In this document: positions 36,235-46,563 of the stretch, in pieces
How positions within the stretch are numbered: the first letter of the stretch is position 1
Layout: every line of letters begins with the position of its first letter
NCBI GenBank assembly: GCA_050012495.1
Contig: JBEKHB010000001.1
Location: 11,304 to 75,303, forward strand
Length of the DNA: 64,000 bases
Direction of reading: 5' to 3'
Source of the DNA: Syntrophorhabdales bacterium
GTDB lineage: Bacteria; Desulfobacterota; Syntrophorhabdia; Syntrophorhabdales; WCHB1-27
The notes under the pieces: generated by a model
Told to the model about the DNA's origin: nothing
The model's input: only the letters and a program-made list of their open reading frames with translations
The model's database searches: none
Position numbers and translations under genes: made by a program

Positions 36235-36440
36235 ACCACGCATATCAAGCGCAAAGAGACCTGAATCCAAGGTGTTCATCTTACGCGCTGTCAGAACCAA
36301 TGCAGGCGAAAGAAGTCCGGCAGGGCGAGTTGCTGGTTCGTCCACATGCGTACGGGCGAGATTCATCCCGCGAGATGCGCTGCCGTACCTTTAGGGGAAC
36401 ATGGAAGACGCAAGTTCATACCGCACAAACCTTTTCCAAT

Positions 36441-36452
36441 GGCGGTAGCCTG
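36441..36452 (+). promoter_or_regulatory. ops element GGCGGTAGCCTG
   Basis: Exact GGCGGTAGnnTG in the 5' leader of the long downstream operon. Confidence 0.75.
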
Positions 36453-36504
36453 CCCGCATGACGCCTTTTTCAAGAAATGAATCCACACCCGCGAGGGGTG
36501 ACAA

Positions 36505-37578
36505 ATGAAAGTGCTGGTAACGGGTTCACACGGGTACATAGGATCAATTCTGGTCCCCATGCTCTTGAGAGAGGGGTATGAAGTTCTGGGATTGGACAGC
36601 AATCTCTATGAAGAGTGCGTATTCGGGGACGCGAGACCCGACATGCCCGGTCTGAAGAAGGACGTCCGTGATGTCGGGCCTTCGGATCTGCGGGGAGTCG
36701 ATGCGGTAATTCACCTCGCCGCCCTGTCAAATGACCCATTGGGCGATCTCAACCCTGAGCTCACCTTTGAGATCAATTACAAGGCGTCGGTCCGTCTGGC
36801 GCGGCTCGCAAAGCAATCAGGGATAAGCCGCTTTATTTTCTCTTCGTCGTGCAGCACCTACGGGGCATCAGGGGATGAGATGCTGACAGAAACAGCTCAC
36901 TTCCACCCGGTAACCCCCTACGGTGAATCGAAGGTCTTCGTGGAAAGGGATATAGCGGCCCTTGCGGATTCGACATTCAGCCCCACCTTTCTGCGAAATG
37001 CGACCGTCTATGGCGTCTCCTGTAGAATGCGCTTCGATCTGGTATTGAACAACCTGGTTGCCTGGGCAGTCACCCGCAGTCTGGTATACCTCAAGAGCGA
37101 TGGAACCCCCTGGCGGCCCATCGTCCATGTTGAAGACGTGTCGCGCGCCTTCCTGGCAGTCCTGAAGGCACCGCGTGAGACCGTCCATAACCGGGCGTTC
37201 AATGTGGGGAGTAACAGTGAAAACTACCGGATCAGCGAATTGGCAGACATCGTGAAAGAGACCGTGCCCGACTGCCGTATTGAATTTGCGAGCGACGCGG
37301 GCCCGGACAAGCGCTGTTACCGGGTGGATTTCACCAGGTTTGCCGACACATTTCCCGACTATAGGCCACAATGGACGGCCCGGCTGGGGGCCGGCGAGCT
37401 TTATGCGGCATACCGGAAGACAGGGCTGGATCTCGATGACTTCGAGGGGCCCCGTTTCAAGCGCATTGAGCACATAAAGAAGCTTCTGAACACCGGGCGC
37501 CTGGACAGCACCCTCAGATGGGCCGGGCCCCGGGCAAAAGACCATGTCCCAAGGGAGACCCTCCATGCAGAAAGATAA
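36505..37578 (+). CDS. NAD-dependent sugar epimerase/dehydratase (extended SDR)
   Basis: [32 protein letters not shown]. Confidence 0.92.
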   Translation: MKVLVTGSHGYIGSILVPMLLREGYEVLGLDSNLYEECVFGDARPDMPGLKKDVRDVGPSDLRGVDAVIHLAALSNDPLGDLNPELTFEINYKASVRLARLAKQSGISRFIFSSSCSTYGASGDEMLTETAHFHPVTPYGESKVFVERDIAALADSTFSPTFLRNATVYGVSCRMRFDLVLNNLVAWAVTRSLVYLKSDGTPWRPIVHVEDVSRAFLAVLKAPRETVHNRAFNVGSNSENYRISELADIVKETVPDCRIEFASDAGPDKRCYRVDFTRFADTFPDYRPQWTARLGAGELYAAYRKTGLDLDDFEGPRFKRIEHIKKLLNTGRLDSTLRWAGPRAKDHVPRETLHAER

Positions 37579-38872
37579 GGATGCGTCCGTCAGTTACGGG
37601 ACCGGTCCCGCAACCGACGGGCAACAATTGACAGATAACGTCCATGCCAGTTGCCGTTTCTGCGGCACGCCCCTCTATCAGACTGTCGTGGATCTCGGTA
37701 TGTCCCCCCTTTGTGAGAGCTATCTGCGACAGGACCAGTTGAACGAGATGGAAGCCTTTTATCCGCTCCACGTGTACGTCTGTGACAACTGCTTCCTCGT
37801 TCAGCTCGAGGAATACGTGTCTCCGAAAAAGATATTCACCGAATACGCCTATTTCTCTTCGTATTCGGCATCCTGGCTGGAGCATGCCCGCTCTTATTCG
37901 AGAATGGCTACGGAACGTTTTGGCATCGACGACACCAGTCTCGTCGTCGAGCTTGCGAGCAACGACGGCTATTTACTGCAATATTTTGCGAAAGCGGGCA
38001 TTCGCGTCCTCGGGGTTGAGCCGGCCTTGAACGTGGCGGATGCGGCCTTGAAGAAAGGCATCCCCACCCTCACAAGGTTCTTCGGCGTCGAGCTGGCGAA
38101 AGAAATGGCCTCTCTCGGCCAGCAGGCAGATCTCCTCATCGGGAACAATGTGCTCGCTCAGGTCCCTGACCTCCATGACTTTGTGAAAGGCATGCAGATC
38201 GTGCTCACACCGAAGGGGGCAATCACCATGGAATTCCCCTATCTTATGGAACTCATCAAAAAAAACCAGTTCGATACCATCTACCACGAACATTTCTCAT
38301 ACTTTTCATTTACCACGGTCGAAAAAATCTTTGCCGCTCATAACCTGAAACTCTTCGACGTGGAAAAAATTCCCACCCACGGCGGTTCTCTGCGCATTTA
38401 CGCCTGCCACGCGGAGGACGGATCGAAGCAGGTGAACAGCCGCGTGGAGGCGCTCAGGGCTCACGAAGAAAAGGCGGGTGTGAAAACCCTCGGTTACTAT
38501 ATTTCCTTTTCCGAGAAGGTGAGAGAGACGAAGCGAAAGCTGCTTGAGTTTCTCATCTCCACAAAAGAGCAAGGGAAATCGATTGCCGGGTACGGCGCCC
38601 CCGGAAAAGGGAACACCCTTTTGAATTACTGCGGCGTCAGGTCGGATTTTCTCGACTATACGGTTGACAGGAGCCCGTACAAACAGAACAAGTTCCTGCC
38701 CGGCACGCACATCCCCATTTTCGATCCGGCAAAGATCGACGAGACGAAGCCTGACTATCTGTTGATCCTCCCCTGGAACTTTAGGGACGAGGTCATAAAA
38801 CAGATGGCCCACATCCGGAGCTGGGGCGGTAAGTTCGTTGTTCCCATACCTGAGGTGAGGGTCTATCCGTGA
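37565..38872 (+). CDS. NDP-hexose C-methyltransferase (Zn-binding)
   Basis: CRFC...CDNC Zn site, [39 protein letters not shown]. Confidence 0.92.
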   Translation: MQKDKDASVSYGTGPATDGQQLTDNVHASCRFCGTPLYQTVVDLGMSPLCESYLRQDQLNEMEAFYPLHVYVCDNCFLVQLEEYVSPKKIFTEYAYFSSYSASWLEHARSYSRMATERFGIDDTSLVVELASNDGYLLQYFAKAGIRVLGVEPALNVADAALKKGIPTLTRFFGVELAKEMASLGQQADLLIGNNVLAQVPDLHDFVKGMQIVLTPKGAITMEFPYLMELIKKNQFDTIYHEHFSYFSFTTVEKIFAAHNLKLFDVEKIPTHGGSLRIYACHAEDGSKQVNSRVEALRAHEEKAGVKTLGYYISFSEKVRETKRKLLEFLISTKEQGKSIAGYGAPGKGNTLLNYCGVRSDFLDYTVDRSPYKQNKFLPGTHIPIFDPAKIDETKPDYLLILPWNFRDEVIKQMAHIRSWGGKFVVPIPEVRVYP

Positions 38873-39417
38873 TTTTTACCGAAATAAAACTCGGAGGGGC
38901 CTTCGTGGTGGAAATCGAAAAGCTGGAAGACCGGCGCGGCTTCTTTGGCCGCACCTGGTGCCGAAGGGAATTCGAGGCTCACGGCCTGAACCCCCAGCTT
39001 GTACAGTGTAGTGTTTCCTTCAACACGAGTAAATGCACCCTGCGAGGCATGCACTATCAGTCTGCTCCGTACCGGGAGGCAAAGCTGGTCCGCTGCACAT
39101 CAGGCTCTCTCTATGATGTGGTCGTCGACCTCCGCCCGGAATCACCGACATTTATGGAATATTTCGGAGCGGTGCTGGAGAGCCGGGACAAGAGGAACAC
39201 GATATACGTCCCCGAAGGGTTCGCCCACGGGTTCCTTACCCTTGAAGAGCATACCGAGGTCCTTTATCAGATGTCGGAGTTCTATGCCCCTGGGGCCGCA
39301 CGGGGATTCAGGTGGAACGACCCATCCTTCGGTATTGAGTGGCCGGAGGCGCCCCGTGTCATCTCGGACCGCGACGGGGAGTACCCCGACTTTACCGCAC
39401 CGGGAGGGCCCGTATGA
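38869..39417 (+). CDS. rfbC: NDP-4-keto-6-deoxyhexose 3,5-epimerase (RmlC family)
   Basis: DRRGFF, TLRGMHYQ, AKLVRC, VPEGFAHGF, WND. Confidence 0.92.
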   Translation: MIFTEIKLGGAFVVEIEKLEDRRGFFGRTWCRREFEAHGLNPQLVQCSVSFNTSKCTLRGMHYQSAPYREAKLVRCTSGSLYDVVVDLRPESPTFMEYFGAVLESRDKRNTIYVPEGFAHGFLTLEEHTEVLYQMSEFYAPGAARGFRWNDPSFGIEWPEAPRVISDRDGEYPDFTAPGGPV

Positions 39418-40808
39418 CCGGCCGCCGAATCCGGGCGCCATTCGCGAAAGATGCCCCCGGCCGTGACATGCATACGTTTATAGCCGACCTTTATCCCCTC
39501 TGCAGGAGCATCACGGGCAACGGTCTGCGGGAGACGCTGCGCCGCATACAGACCCACATCCCGTTGACAATCCACGAAGTCCCAAGCGGCACACACGTAT
39601 TCGACTGGACCGTGCCCAGGGAATGGAACATCAGGGATGGGTGGGTGAAGAACGCTCAGGGGGAGAAAGTGATCGACTTCAGCGCCTCGAACCTGCACGT
39701 GGTCAATTACAGCGTGCCCGTACATAAAAAAGTTTCGCTTCCGGAGCTGCGGGAACACCTTTTCACCATACCCGAATTTCCTGACTGGATCCCTTACAGG
39801 ACCGCCTATTATCATGAGAGCTGGGGGTTCTGCCTGAGCCACAACCGTTTGAGGAGTCTGAAAGACGAAGAGTACGAGGTCTATATAGACGCCACCCTCG
39901 AACAGGGGCGCCTCTCTTACGGAGAGTATTATCTCCAGGGGATGAGCGACGAGGAGATACTCATTTCCTGCCACACCTGCCACCCGTCGCTCTGCAACGA
40001 CAACCTGTCCGGCGTCGCGTTGGCCACCTTTCTCGCAAAGCATCTCCGGACACTTTCCGGCCCCAGGTATTCCTACCGGTTCCTTTTCATGCCCGGCACG
40101 ATCGGGGCCATTACCTGGCTTTGCCTGAACGAACCGCAGATCGAACGGATCAGGCACGGCCTCGTGGTCGCCTGCGTAGGCGATTCCGGCCCATTCACCT
40201 ACAAGAAAAGCCGCCGGGGAAATGCCGAGATCGACAGGGCGGCAACGCACGTGCTGGCGCATTCCGGCCGCGAATACAAGATCGTCGACTTCTCTCCCTA
40301 TGGATATGACGAGCGGCAATTCTGCTCGCCCGGCTTCAACCTTCCTGTCGGTTCCCTGACCCGGACCCCCTACGGCCGCTTTCCCGAGTACCATACGTCA
40401 GCCGACAACCTCGACCTGGTCCGGCCCGAAGCCTTAAGCGATTCCTTTGCGGTCTACCTGTCACTACTGGAGGTCCTGGAAGAGAATAACACCTACGTCA
40501 ACACAACACCGAAGTGCGAGCCCAACCTGGGCTCACGGGGGCTTTATGGGGACACAACCGGAGAGAAAGAACGGCTCAGCCTGCTCTGGGTCTTGAACCA
40601 ATCGGACGGTACGCCTTCGCTCCTCGATATAGCAGAGAAGGCAGACCTGGACTTCAGCCTCATCTCAGCCGCAGCCGACGCCCTGTCGTCAAAGGGGCTG
40701 CTGCGGGAGAGGAAGCCGGAAAGAACCGAGATTGCTCTGGCCTCCGCGGGCAGTACCGATGGCAACACAAACCCCGCTCCTTGCAAAAATTGTGAGATGC
40801 TTGAATAA
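39414..40808 (+). CDS. DUF4910 (DUF2172/M28-like plus winged helix) protein
   Basis: LYPLCRSITGNG, FDWTVPREW, CHPSLCNDNLSG, YDERQFCSPG, EYHTSAD, CEPNLG.RGLY. Confidence 0.9.
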   Translation: MTGRRIRAPFAKDAPGRDMHTFIADLYPLCRSITGNGLRETLRRIQTHIPLTIHEVPSGTHVFDWTVPREWNIRDGWVKNAQGEKVIDFSASNLHVVNYSVPVHKKVSLPELREHLFTIPEFPDWIPYRTAYYHESWGFCLSHNRLRSLKDEEYEVYIDATLEQGRLSYGEYYLQGMSDEEILISCHTCHPSLCNDNLSGVALATFLAKHLRTLSGPRYSYRFLFMPGTIGAITWLCLNEPQIERIRHGLVVACVGDSGPFTYKKSRRGNAEIDRAATHVLAHSGREYKIVDFSPYGYDERQFCSPGFNLPVGSLTRTPYGRFPEYHTSADNLDLVRPEALSDSFAVYLSLLEVLEENNTYVNTTPKCEPNLGSRGLYGDTTGEKERLSLLWVLNQSDGTPSLLDIAEKADLDFSLISAAADALSSKGLLRERKPERTEIALASAGSTDGNTNPAPCKNCEMLE

Positions 40809-40823
40809 AGAAGGAGGTGCTCA

Positions 40824-41633
40824 ATGAAAGTGGTGCTCTTTTGCGGCGGTCTTGGCACAAGATTGGGAGAATTGACAGAGGACGTTCCGAAGCCGATGGT
40901 GAAGATCGGGTACCGGCCCATACTGTGGCACCTCATGAAGTATTATGCCTATTACGGCCACAACGAGTTTATTCTTTGTCTCGGCTACAAGGCCGACAAG
41001 ATAAAGGACTACTTTCTCAACTACAACGAATGTCTTTCGAACGACTTCACCATGTTAAACGGGGGAAAAGACCTCCATTTGGAGAACTGTGATATCGCGG
41101 ACTGGAAGATCACTTTTGCGGACACGGGGTTGCGGTCGAACATCGGCCAGCGTCTCAAGGCGGTCGAAAAATATCTGGACGGGGACGAGCTCTTTCTCGC
41201 CAATTACTCGGATGGACTCACAAACCTCTATCTGCCCGACATGATAGATTTCTTTGTGCAAAGCGGCAAGCTAGCCTCCTTCCTCTGCGTAAAACCTTCG
41301 CAGAGCTTTCACGTAGTCTCAATGAACAAGAGCAATCTCATAGAGGACATACAATACGTTGCCAATACGGATATCACGATCAACGGCGGCTATTTCGTGT
41401 TCAGAAGAGAAATATTCCAGTATATCAGGAACAACGAAGAGCTGGTCGAAGAGCCGTTCAGAAGGCTGATCGAGAGGGAACAGCTCCTCGGATACAAATA
41501 TAACGGGTACTGGTGCATGGATACCTTCAAAGAGCACCAGGAGCTGACCGACATGTACCATAGCGGGCACGCGCCCTGGGAGGTGTGGAAGCTCAACGAC
41601 GAAAACGGGCGCAGGGAGATTGCGCGTGCTTAG
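40824..41633 (+). CDS. rfbF: Glucose-1-phosphate cytidylyltransferase family
   Basis: LFCGGLGTR, PKPMV.IG, LCLGYK, DTG, INGGYF, CMDT. Confidence 0.85.
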   Translation: MKVVLFCGGLGTRLGELTEDVPKPMVKIGYRPILWHLMKYYAYYGHNEFILCLGYKADKIKDYFLNYNECLSNDFTMLNGGKDLHLENCDIADWKITFADTGLRSNIGQRLKAVEKYLDGDELFLANYSDGLTNLYLPDMIDFFVQSGKLASFLCVKPSQSFHVVSMNKSNLIEDIQYVANTDITINGGYFVFRREIFQYIRNNEELVEEPFRRLIEREQLLGYKYNGYWCMDTFKEHQELTDMYHSGHAPWEVWKLNDENGRREIARA

Positions 41634-42285
41634 GCTGAACTTCGAAAAAGGTGACGGATCACCCCGAAAGCTCCTGTGCCTCGGCGCGCATGCGGACGAT
41701 ATTGAAATCGGGTGCGGCGGCACCCTATTGCGGCTCTGCGAAGAACGCGATGGTATAGAAGTCCGCTGGGTCGTATTCGCCGCTTCCGGACCGAGGGCAG
41801 CGGAAGCGCGGCTGAGCGCCTCCCTCTTTCTCGAAAAGGCATACCGAAAGACCGTCACCATAAAACATTTCAAAGATAGCTTTTTCCCCTTTCAAGGCGC
41901 CCGGATAAAGGAGTATTGTGAAGACCTGAAAGCGTCGTTTTCTCCCGACCTGATTTTCACTCACTACAGAGGCGACCTTCACCAGGACCATCGCTTCATC
42001 TCGGAAGTTACATGGAACACATTCCGGGACCACCTTATCCTGGAGTACGAGGTGGTCAAATACGACGGTGATCTGGGAAATCCCAATTTTTTTATCGGTC
42101 TGGATACGGAGACCTGCCAAAGGAAAATTAATGCCCTCCTGACCTGCTTCAAGACACAGGCCGCAAGGAAATGGTTCTCGGAGGAGACGTTCTTGTCGAT
42201 CCTGAAGCTCCGGGGCGTTGAATCGAATGTGCCGGGCGAGTATGCCGAGGGCTATTATTGCCGAAAAATGGTTTTCCAGGGATGA
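41620..42285 (+). CDS. PIG-L/LmbE family deacetylase
   Basis: GAHADDIEIGCGG, DLHQDH. Confidence 0.9.
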   Translation: MRVLRLNFEKGDGSPRKLLCLGAHADDIEIGCGGTLLRLCEERDGIEVRWVVFAASGPRAAEARLSASLFLEKAYRKTVTIKHFKDSFFPFQGARIKEYCEDLKASFSPDLIFTHYRGDLHQDHRFISEVTWNTFRDHLILEYEVVKYDGDLGNPNFFIGLDTETCQRKINALLTCFKTQAARKWFSEETFLSILKLRGVESNVPGEYAEGYYCRKMVFQG

Positions 42286-42334
42286 AAACAGAAAGCCAAA
42301 AAAACTGCTATCGCAAATAAAAAGGGGCACGACC

Positions 42335-43249
42335 ATGATACACCTGCAACAACCCGCGTGGGTCTACCTGGGTGGAAAGATGAGACCATGGCATGAGGCC
42401 GTCCTGCATATCTCAAGCGAGGCGGTAACCCGCGGCCTGAATGTCTACGAGGGTCTCAAAGGCTACTGGCAGGAAGATGGGGTTAAATTCGGAATAGTCG
42501 CCATGCCGAGGCACTTCGCCCGGTTGCAGCGCTCGGCCCGGTTGTTACACATCCCCTGTGTAATGGGCTATGAGGATTTCGAGCGGGCATGCCACGAACT
42601 TGTCCGGGCGCTCTATGAGCCGGAGAGGGATATGTGGATTCGGGCCACTTTGTATGTAATCGAAGGCCATTGGGGCGAGGGCACGGTGGCCGACCTCGTT
42701 CTGACCGCATACCATCAGGACAAAGCGCCGCCCGCGCCGATTGACATCGGCGTGAGCACCTGGCAGCGAGCTGCCGATAACGTGCTGCCTCCGAGCATAA
42801 AAACCAGCACCAACTATCAAGTGGCGCGCCTTGCACGGATAGAGGGGCGTAGCCGGGGCTACTCCGAAATGATCCTCCTTAACCAATGGGGCCGCGTGGC
42901 TGAGGCAACCGGTGCGGGTGCGCTCATGGTGAAAAACGGTAAGGTTATTACCCCGCCGCCTTCAGAGGGGGCGCTCGAGAGCATCACGACCTGGATTATC
43001 AGGGACATCTGTGCATCGATGGGCATCGAGTTCATCGTAAGGCCGATCGACCGGACGGAGCTTTACATCGCCGACGAGGTGTATCTCGCGGGCACCCTTG
43101 CAGAGATAACTCCCGTCCGCCGCATCGACGAGTTTCCGCTGCCGCCGGACGGCCCCGTTCTCGCGCGGGTCGCAGCTCGCTACAGAGCAGCCGTCCGGAG
43201 TACCGACCCCCACCAGGCGGTCGACCTTTCCATAATCCCCGGCCGGTAG
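42335..43249 (+). CDS. Class IV PLP aminotransferase (IlvE/Dat-like)
   Basis: GLNVYEGLKGY, HFARLQRSA, IKTSTNY, LESIT, ADEVYLAGT. Confidence 0.88.
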   Translation: MIHLQQPAWVYLGGKMRPWHEAVLHISSEAVTRGLNVYEGLKGYWQEDGVKFGIVAMPRHFARLQRSARLLHIPCVMGYEDFERACHELVRALYEPERDMWIRATLYVIEGHWGEGTVADLVLTAYHQDKAPPAPIDIGVSTWQRAADNVLPPSIKTSTNYQVARLARIEGRSRGYSEMILLNQWGRVAEATGAGALMVKNGKVITPPPSEGALESITTWIIRDICASMGIEFIVRPIDRTELYIADEVYLAGTLAEITPVRRIDEFPLPPDGPVLARVAARYRAAVRSTDPHQAVDLSIIPGR

Positions 43250-43327
43250 CCTGAGTCCTGCCGCAAAAGGCGGCCCGCAGCGAAACTTTCGTTTCCTAGA
43301 GCGAATTCATAAGGAGATGGGGGCTAT

Positions 43328-44113
43328 ATGATGGAATCGATAGGAGAAATTATCAAATACGGCGACCTCCTCTATATGATGGTCTGGAGGGATATACGGA
43401 TAAAGTACAAGCAGTCGGTAATCGGGATCATGTGGGCCGTGTTCATGCCGATGGTCATCGTCGGGACGGGCATATTGGTAAGATACGGTTTTGCGCTGGC
43501 TTCACACGCGCCTGTCGATTTCAATGATCTGGCCGCGGTATCCGTGAAAGCGGTACCCTGGGCATTTTTTGTCTCCACTATCCGTTTCTCGACCGGCAGT
43601 CTTGTGGGGAACCCCAACCTCGTGACCAAGATATACTTCCCGAAGATCATTTTTCCGATTTCCTCGATGTTTTCGCAGATGTTCGATCTTGCAATTGCCT
43701 CGGGCCTCCTGGCGGTAGTGCTGGCTTTCATGCGCATCGGATTGAGCGTCCACCTGCTGTGGGTCCCCATCCTGCTCGCCCTGCTCGTGCTGTGTGCGAC
43801 AGGTATGGGAATACTCTTATCCGCGGCCAATCTCTTTTACCGGGACGTGAAATACCTGGTGGAGGTGGTTGTCACCTTTGCCATCTTCTTTACCCCGGTA
43901 TTCTATGATGTGTCCATGTTTGGAAAATGGGCGTACATCTTCCTGCTTAATCCCCTGGCCCCGATCCTTGAAGGGATCGCTGCCTGCGTGGTGCATCACC
44001 GGATGCCTCAGATCGAGTGGATCCTGTACAGCGCGGCCGCGTCCCTGGCAATATTCGCGTGTGCATTCGCGTTCTTTACGAAATTGGAACCGCTGTTTGC
44101 GGAAAGGATTTGA
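43328..44113 (+). CDS. wzm: ABC-2 polysaccharide exporter permease
   Basis: RDIRIKYKQSVIG..W, KIYFP, YRDV, TPVFY, LNP. Confidence 0.92.
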   Translation: MMESIGEIIKYGDLLYMMVWRDIRIKYKQSVIGIMWAVFMPMVIVGTGILVRYGFALASHAPVDFNDLAAVSVKAVPWAFFVSTIRFSTGSLVGNPNLVTKIYFPKIIFPISSMFSQMFDLAIASGLLAVVLAFMRIGLSVHLLWVPILLALLVLCATGMGILLSAANLFYRDVKYLVEVVVTFAIFFTPVFYDVSMFGKWAYIFLLNPLAPILEGIAACVVHHRMPQIEWILYSAAASLAIFACAFAFFTKLEPLFAERI

Positions 44114-44114
44114 A

Positions 44115-45359
44115 ATGAAGACATCTGAGACCGTGCTCGAAATGGATCATGTAGCGAAGAAATTCAAGAAAGGGGAAGCCTTTGATTCCCTGCGGGATCT
44201 TATACCCGCGCTGTCCGGCAGGGTTTTCACACGCAAGAAAAGGTCCCTGGCCGAACACGAGTTCTGGGCCTTAAAGGACGTATCATTTCAGGTGGCCAGA
44301 GGAGAGGCCTTCGGGATCATAGGGCCTAACGGCGCAGGGAAGAGCACCATCCTCAAACTGCTGTGCCGGGTGATGAAGCCGACCGAAGGGCGCATAGTCG
44401 TGAACGGCACCATGTCGGCCCTCATCGAGGTGGGCGCCGGTTTTCATCCTGACCTCACCGGCCGTGAGAATATTTTTCTCAACGGCGCAATTCTCGGTAT
44501 GAAGAAAGAACAAATCAGGAAGAGATTTGACGAGATCGTAGAATTCTCGGGTCTTGCGGATTTCATCGACACCCCGGTCAAACGTTACTCCTCCGGCATG
44601 TACGCGCGCCTCGGTTTCTCCGTGGCCGCCCATGTAGACCCCGATATCCTGATCGTCGATGAAGTCCTGAGTGTGGGCGACCACTTGTTCCAGGTGAAGT
44701 GCGGACAAAAAATGAAGCAGATAAAAGAAGATGCAGGCGCCACGGTAATATTCGTCTCTCATAACCTTAGGGCGGTAGCCGAGCTGTGCGACAGGCTGCT
44801 TCTTCTCGAACGGGGTGAATGCGTGCAGCTGGGGCCTCCCGGCGAGGTGATCAATTCCTATTTGAACCGAATCCTGCAGCGGCCGGTCTCCTTTACACAT
44901 GGGGTGGGGATATCGAAGGTCACGGTCCGCGGGAGGACAGGTGAGCAGGTGCACTTCGAATCAGGGGAGAAAGCGTGGATCGAGATCGAGGTATGCGCGA
45001 CGAAACACGTCAGCGGCCTTGGCCTGGCAATCGGGTTCAAGACCCAGGATCATTGGAGTTTTTTCGACACCTCGACAAGCCGGCTCGGGAAGAGGACGTT
45101 CTCGGTAGGGCCGGACCGGACCGTCAGGTACACGTTTGAGCTCGATCTGCACCTGGGTCCGGGCAGTTACTATTTCGACGTAGCTCTCTACCGGTACGAC
45201 GCCCAAATGATTTTCGACGAGTTCCTCCAGGCGGGAACGCTGATGATCAGCACCGAGAAGGCTATACATGGGATAGCGAACCTGTATCCCGTCGCCTATG
45301 AGCAAGATGACATCTCCGACACCTTCGAATTGATGAGGTCGAGACCCGGCGTGGCATAG
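44115..45359 (+). CDS. wzt: ABC polysaccharide exporter ATPase with Wzt_C domain
   Basis: FWALKDVSF, GPNGAGKST, YSSGM, VDEVLSVGD, C-terminal Ig-like extension. Confidence 0.93.
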   Translation: MKTSETVLEMDHVAKKFKKGEAFDSLRDLIPALSGRVFTRKKRSLAEHEFWALKDVSFQVARGEAFGIIGPNGAGKSTILKLLCRVMKPTEGRIVVNGTMSALIEVGAGFHPDLTGRENIFLNGAILGMKKEQIRKRFDEIVEFSGLADFIDTPVKRYSSGMYARLGFSVAAHVDPDILIVDEVLSVGDHLFQVKCGQKMKQIKEDAGATVIFVSHNLRAVAELCDRLLLLERGECVQLGPPGEVINSYLNRILQRPVSFTHGVGISKVTVRGRTGEQVHFESGEKAWIEIEVCATKHVSGLGLAIGFKTQDHWSFFDTSTSRLGKRTFSVGPDRTVRYTFELDLHLGPGSYYFDVALYRYDAQMIFDEFLQAGTLMISTEKAIHGIANLYPVAYEQDDISDTFELMRSRPGVA

Positions 45360-45500
45360 TTCAACAATAATAGGTCGACTATGACCCGGAGGGCCTCATT
45401 CTTAATTCAGGGATAATCATGGTTACCGATCACACATCATTGCCGGACAACTCACAGGACAGGGCCATACGTAAAGGCTAAAAAGGAATAAGACGGGAGG

Positions 45501-46553
45501 GTGCGTATGTCAGGCATGCCTTGGATAAAGAACATGGGCAAGCAGATGCTTGCGGCGAGATGCGCCGCCGCTCAGGGATTGCGCGTGAAGCTCTTTCGCG
45601 ATTGGCAGCCGGAGCTCGATGAAGCCCTCGAAAGCTTGCCCGAGAACGAACTCCTCCCTCACGATCTGTTCCGCTCCCTCATGAAGATGACGGACCCGAA
45701 AATGAGACAGATAAGTCTGATCAGGGAACATGGAGTGCCCGTCGCTTTGGCCGGCCTCAGAAACAGGTGGGGCTATTGGGAGCCCGTCACGCAATGGATT
45801 GTGCCGGGAGTGCTCTTCCCCGTAAAAGAAGGCTATATGTCCCGGGTGCTGCCGGCCCTTGATCTCCAGATTCAAATCGCGTGGTGGAGATGGAACGAGC
45901 CACCGCCAAAAATGGATTGCATAAAACAAATAAAAATGACGCCTACCAGGGGCATGTCCTGTTCCGAGGATTTTGAGCACTACTGGCGCCGGTCAGGCCA
46001 CATGAAAACTATTCAGAAGGCGAGAAACAGGTGCAAAGGCTTTGAATTGAGGACTAACACACCGAATGCCGCGGAATGGACTATCAGGAATTGGGATGCC
46101 AAGTGGCGCACACCCGGGACGGGAGAGTCCCCGGACCTGGCCGAAAGGCTCCTGGTTGCCCGGTGCCTGGAAGAACGGGGACTGCATCACACGCTCCTGC
46201 TTTCCGACAAGGACGAACCGGTCGCCGGCGGCACCCTCATGGCAGATCGCAACGAAGTCGTGCTGCATTGCAACTACCGCAATCCGAAGTACGACTGGTA
46301 CAGTGTGATGAACCGGCTCGCAGAGTTAACGTTCTATTGGGCAAAAGAAAGGGGATTTACAAAAATTGACATGGGCGGCTCTTTCGACTACAAGGAGAAA
46401 TGGGCGCCGGAGGCCGGCCAGAAATGGGAGTTCACCGTGTGCCCCGAATATGTCCTCTATAAAGGACGGATATCCGTATTTGCGGGGAAAGTGCGGAACG
46501 GACTGAAGCGCTGTTCCGGAAGACCTGCCTCATTGAATCCATCTGCGAGCTAA
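45501..46553 (+). CDS. GNAT-family (CelD/BcsL-like) acyltransferase
   Basis: FEHYW...IQKARNR, ID.GG..DYKEKW C-terminal motif. Confidence 0.7.
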   Translation: MRMSGMPWIKNMGKQMLAARCAAAQGLRVKLFRDWQPELDEALESLPENELLPHDLFRSLMKMTDPKMRQISLIREHGVPVALAGLRNRWGYWEPVTQWIVPGVLFPVKEGYMSRVLPALDLQIQIAWWRWNEPPPKMDCIKQIKMTPTRGMSCSEDFEHYWRRSGHMKTIQKARNRCKGFELRTNTPNAAEWTIRNWDAKWRTPGTGESPDLAERLLVARCLEERGLHHTLLLSDKDEPVAGGTLMADRNEVVLHCNYRNPKYDWYSVMNRLAELTFYWAKERGFTKIDMGGSFDYKEKWAPEAGQKWEFTVCPEYVLYKGRISVFAGKVRNGLKRCSGRPASLNPSAS

Positions 46554-46563
46554 GAGGTTCTCC

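Noticed and set aside
43242-43253. GCCGGTAGCCTG ops-like sequence over the aminotransferase stop
   Set aside because: Mismatch in the conserved GGCGG core, and TAG is explained by the stop codon. Noted but not called.
43711-44782. GGCGGTAG octamers at 43711 and 44771
   Set aside because: They lie inside wzm/wzt coding sequence (xAV codons) and lack the terminal TG of ops, so they are likely chance matches.
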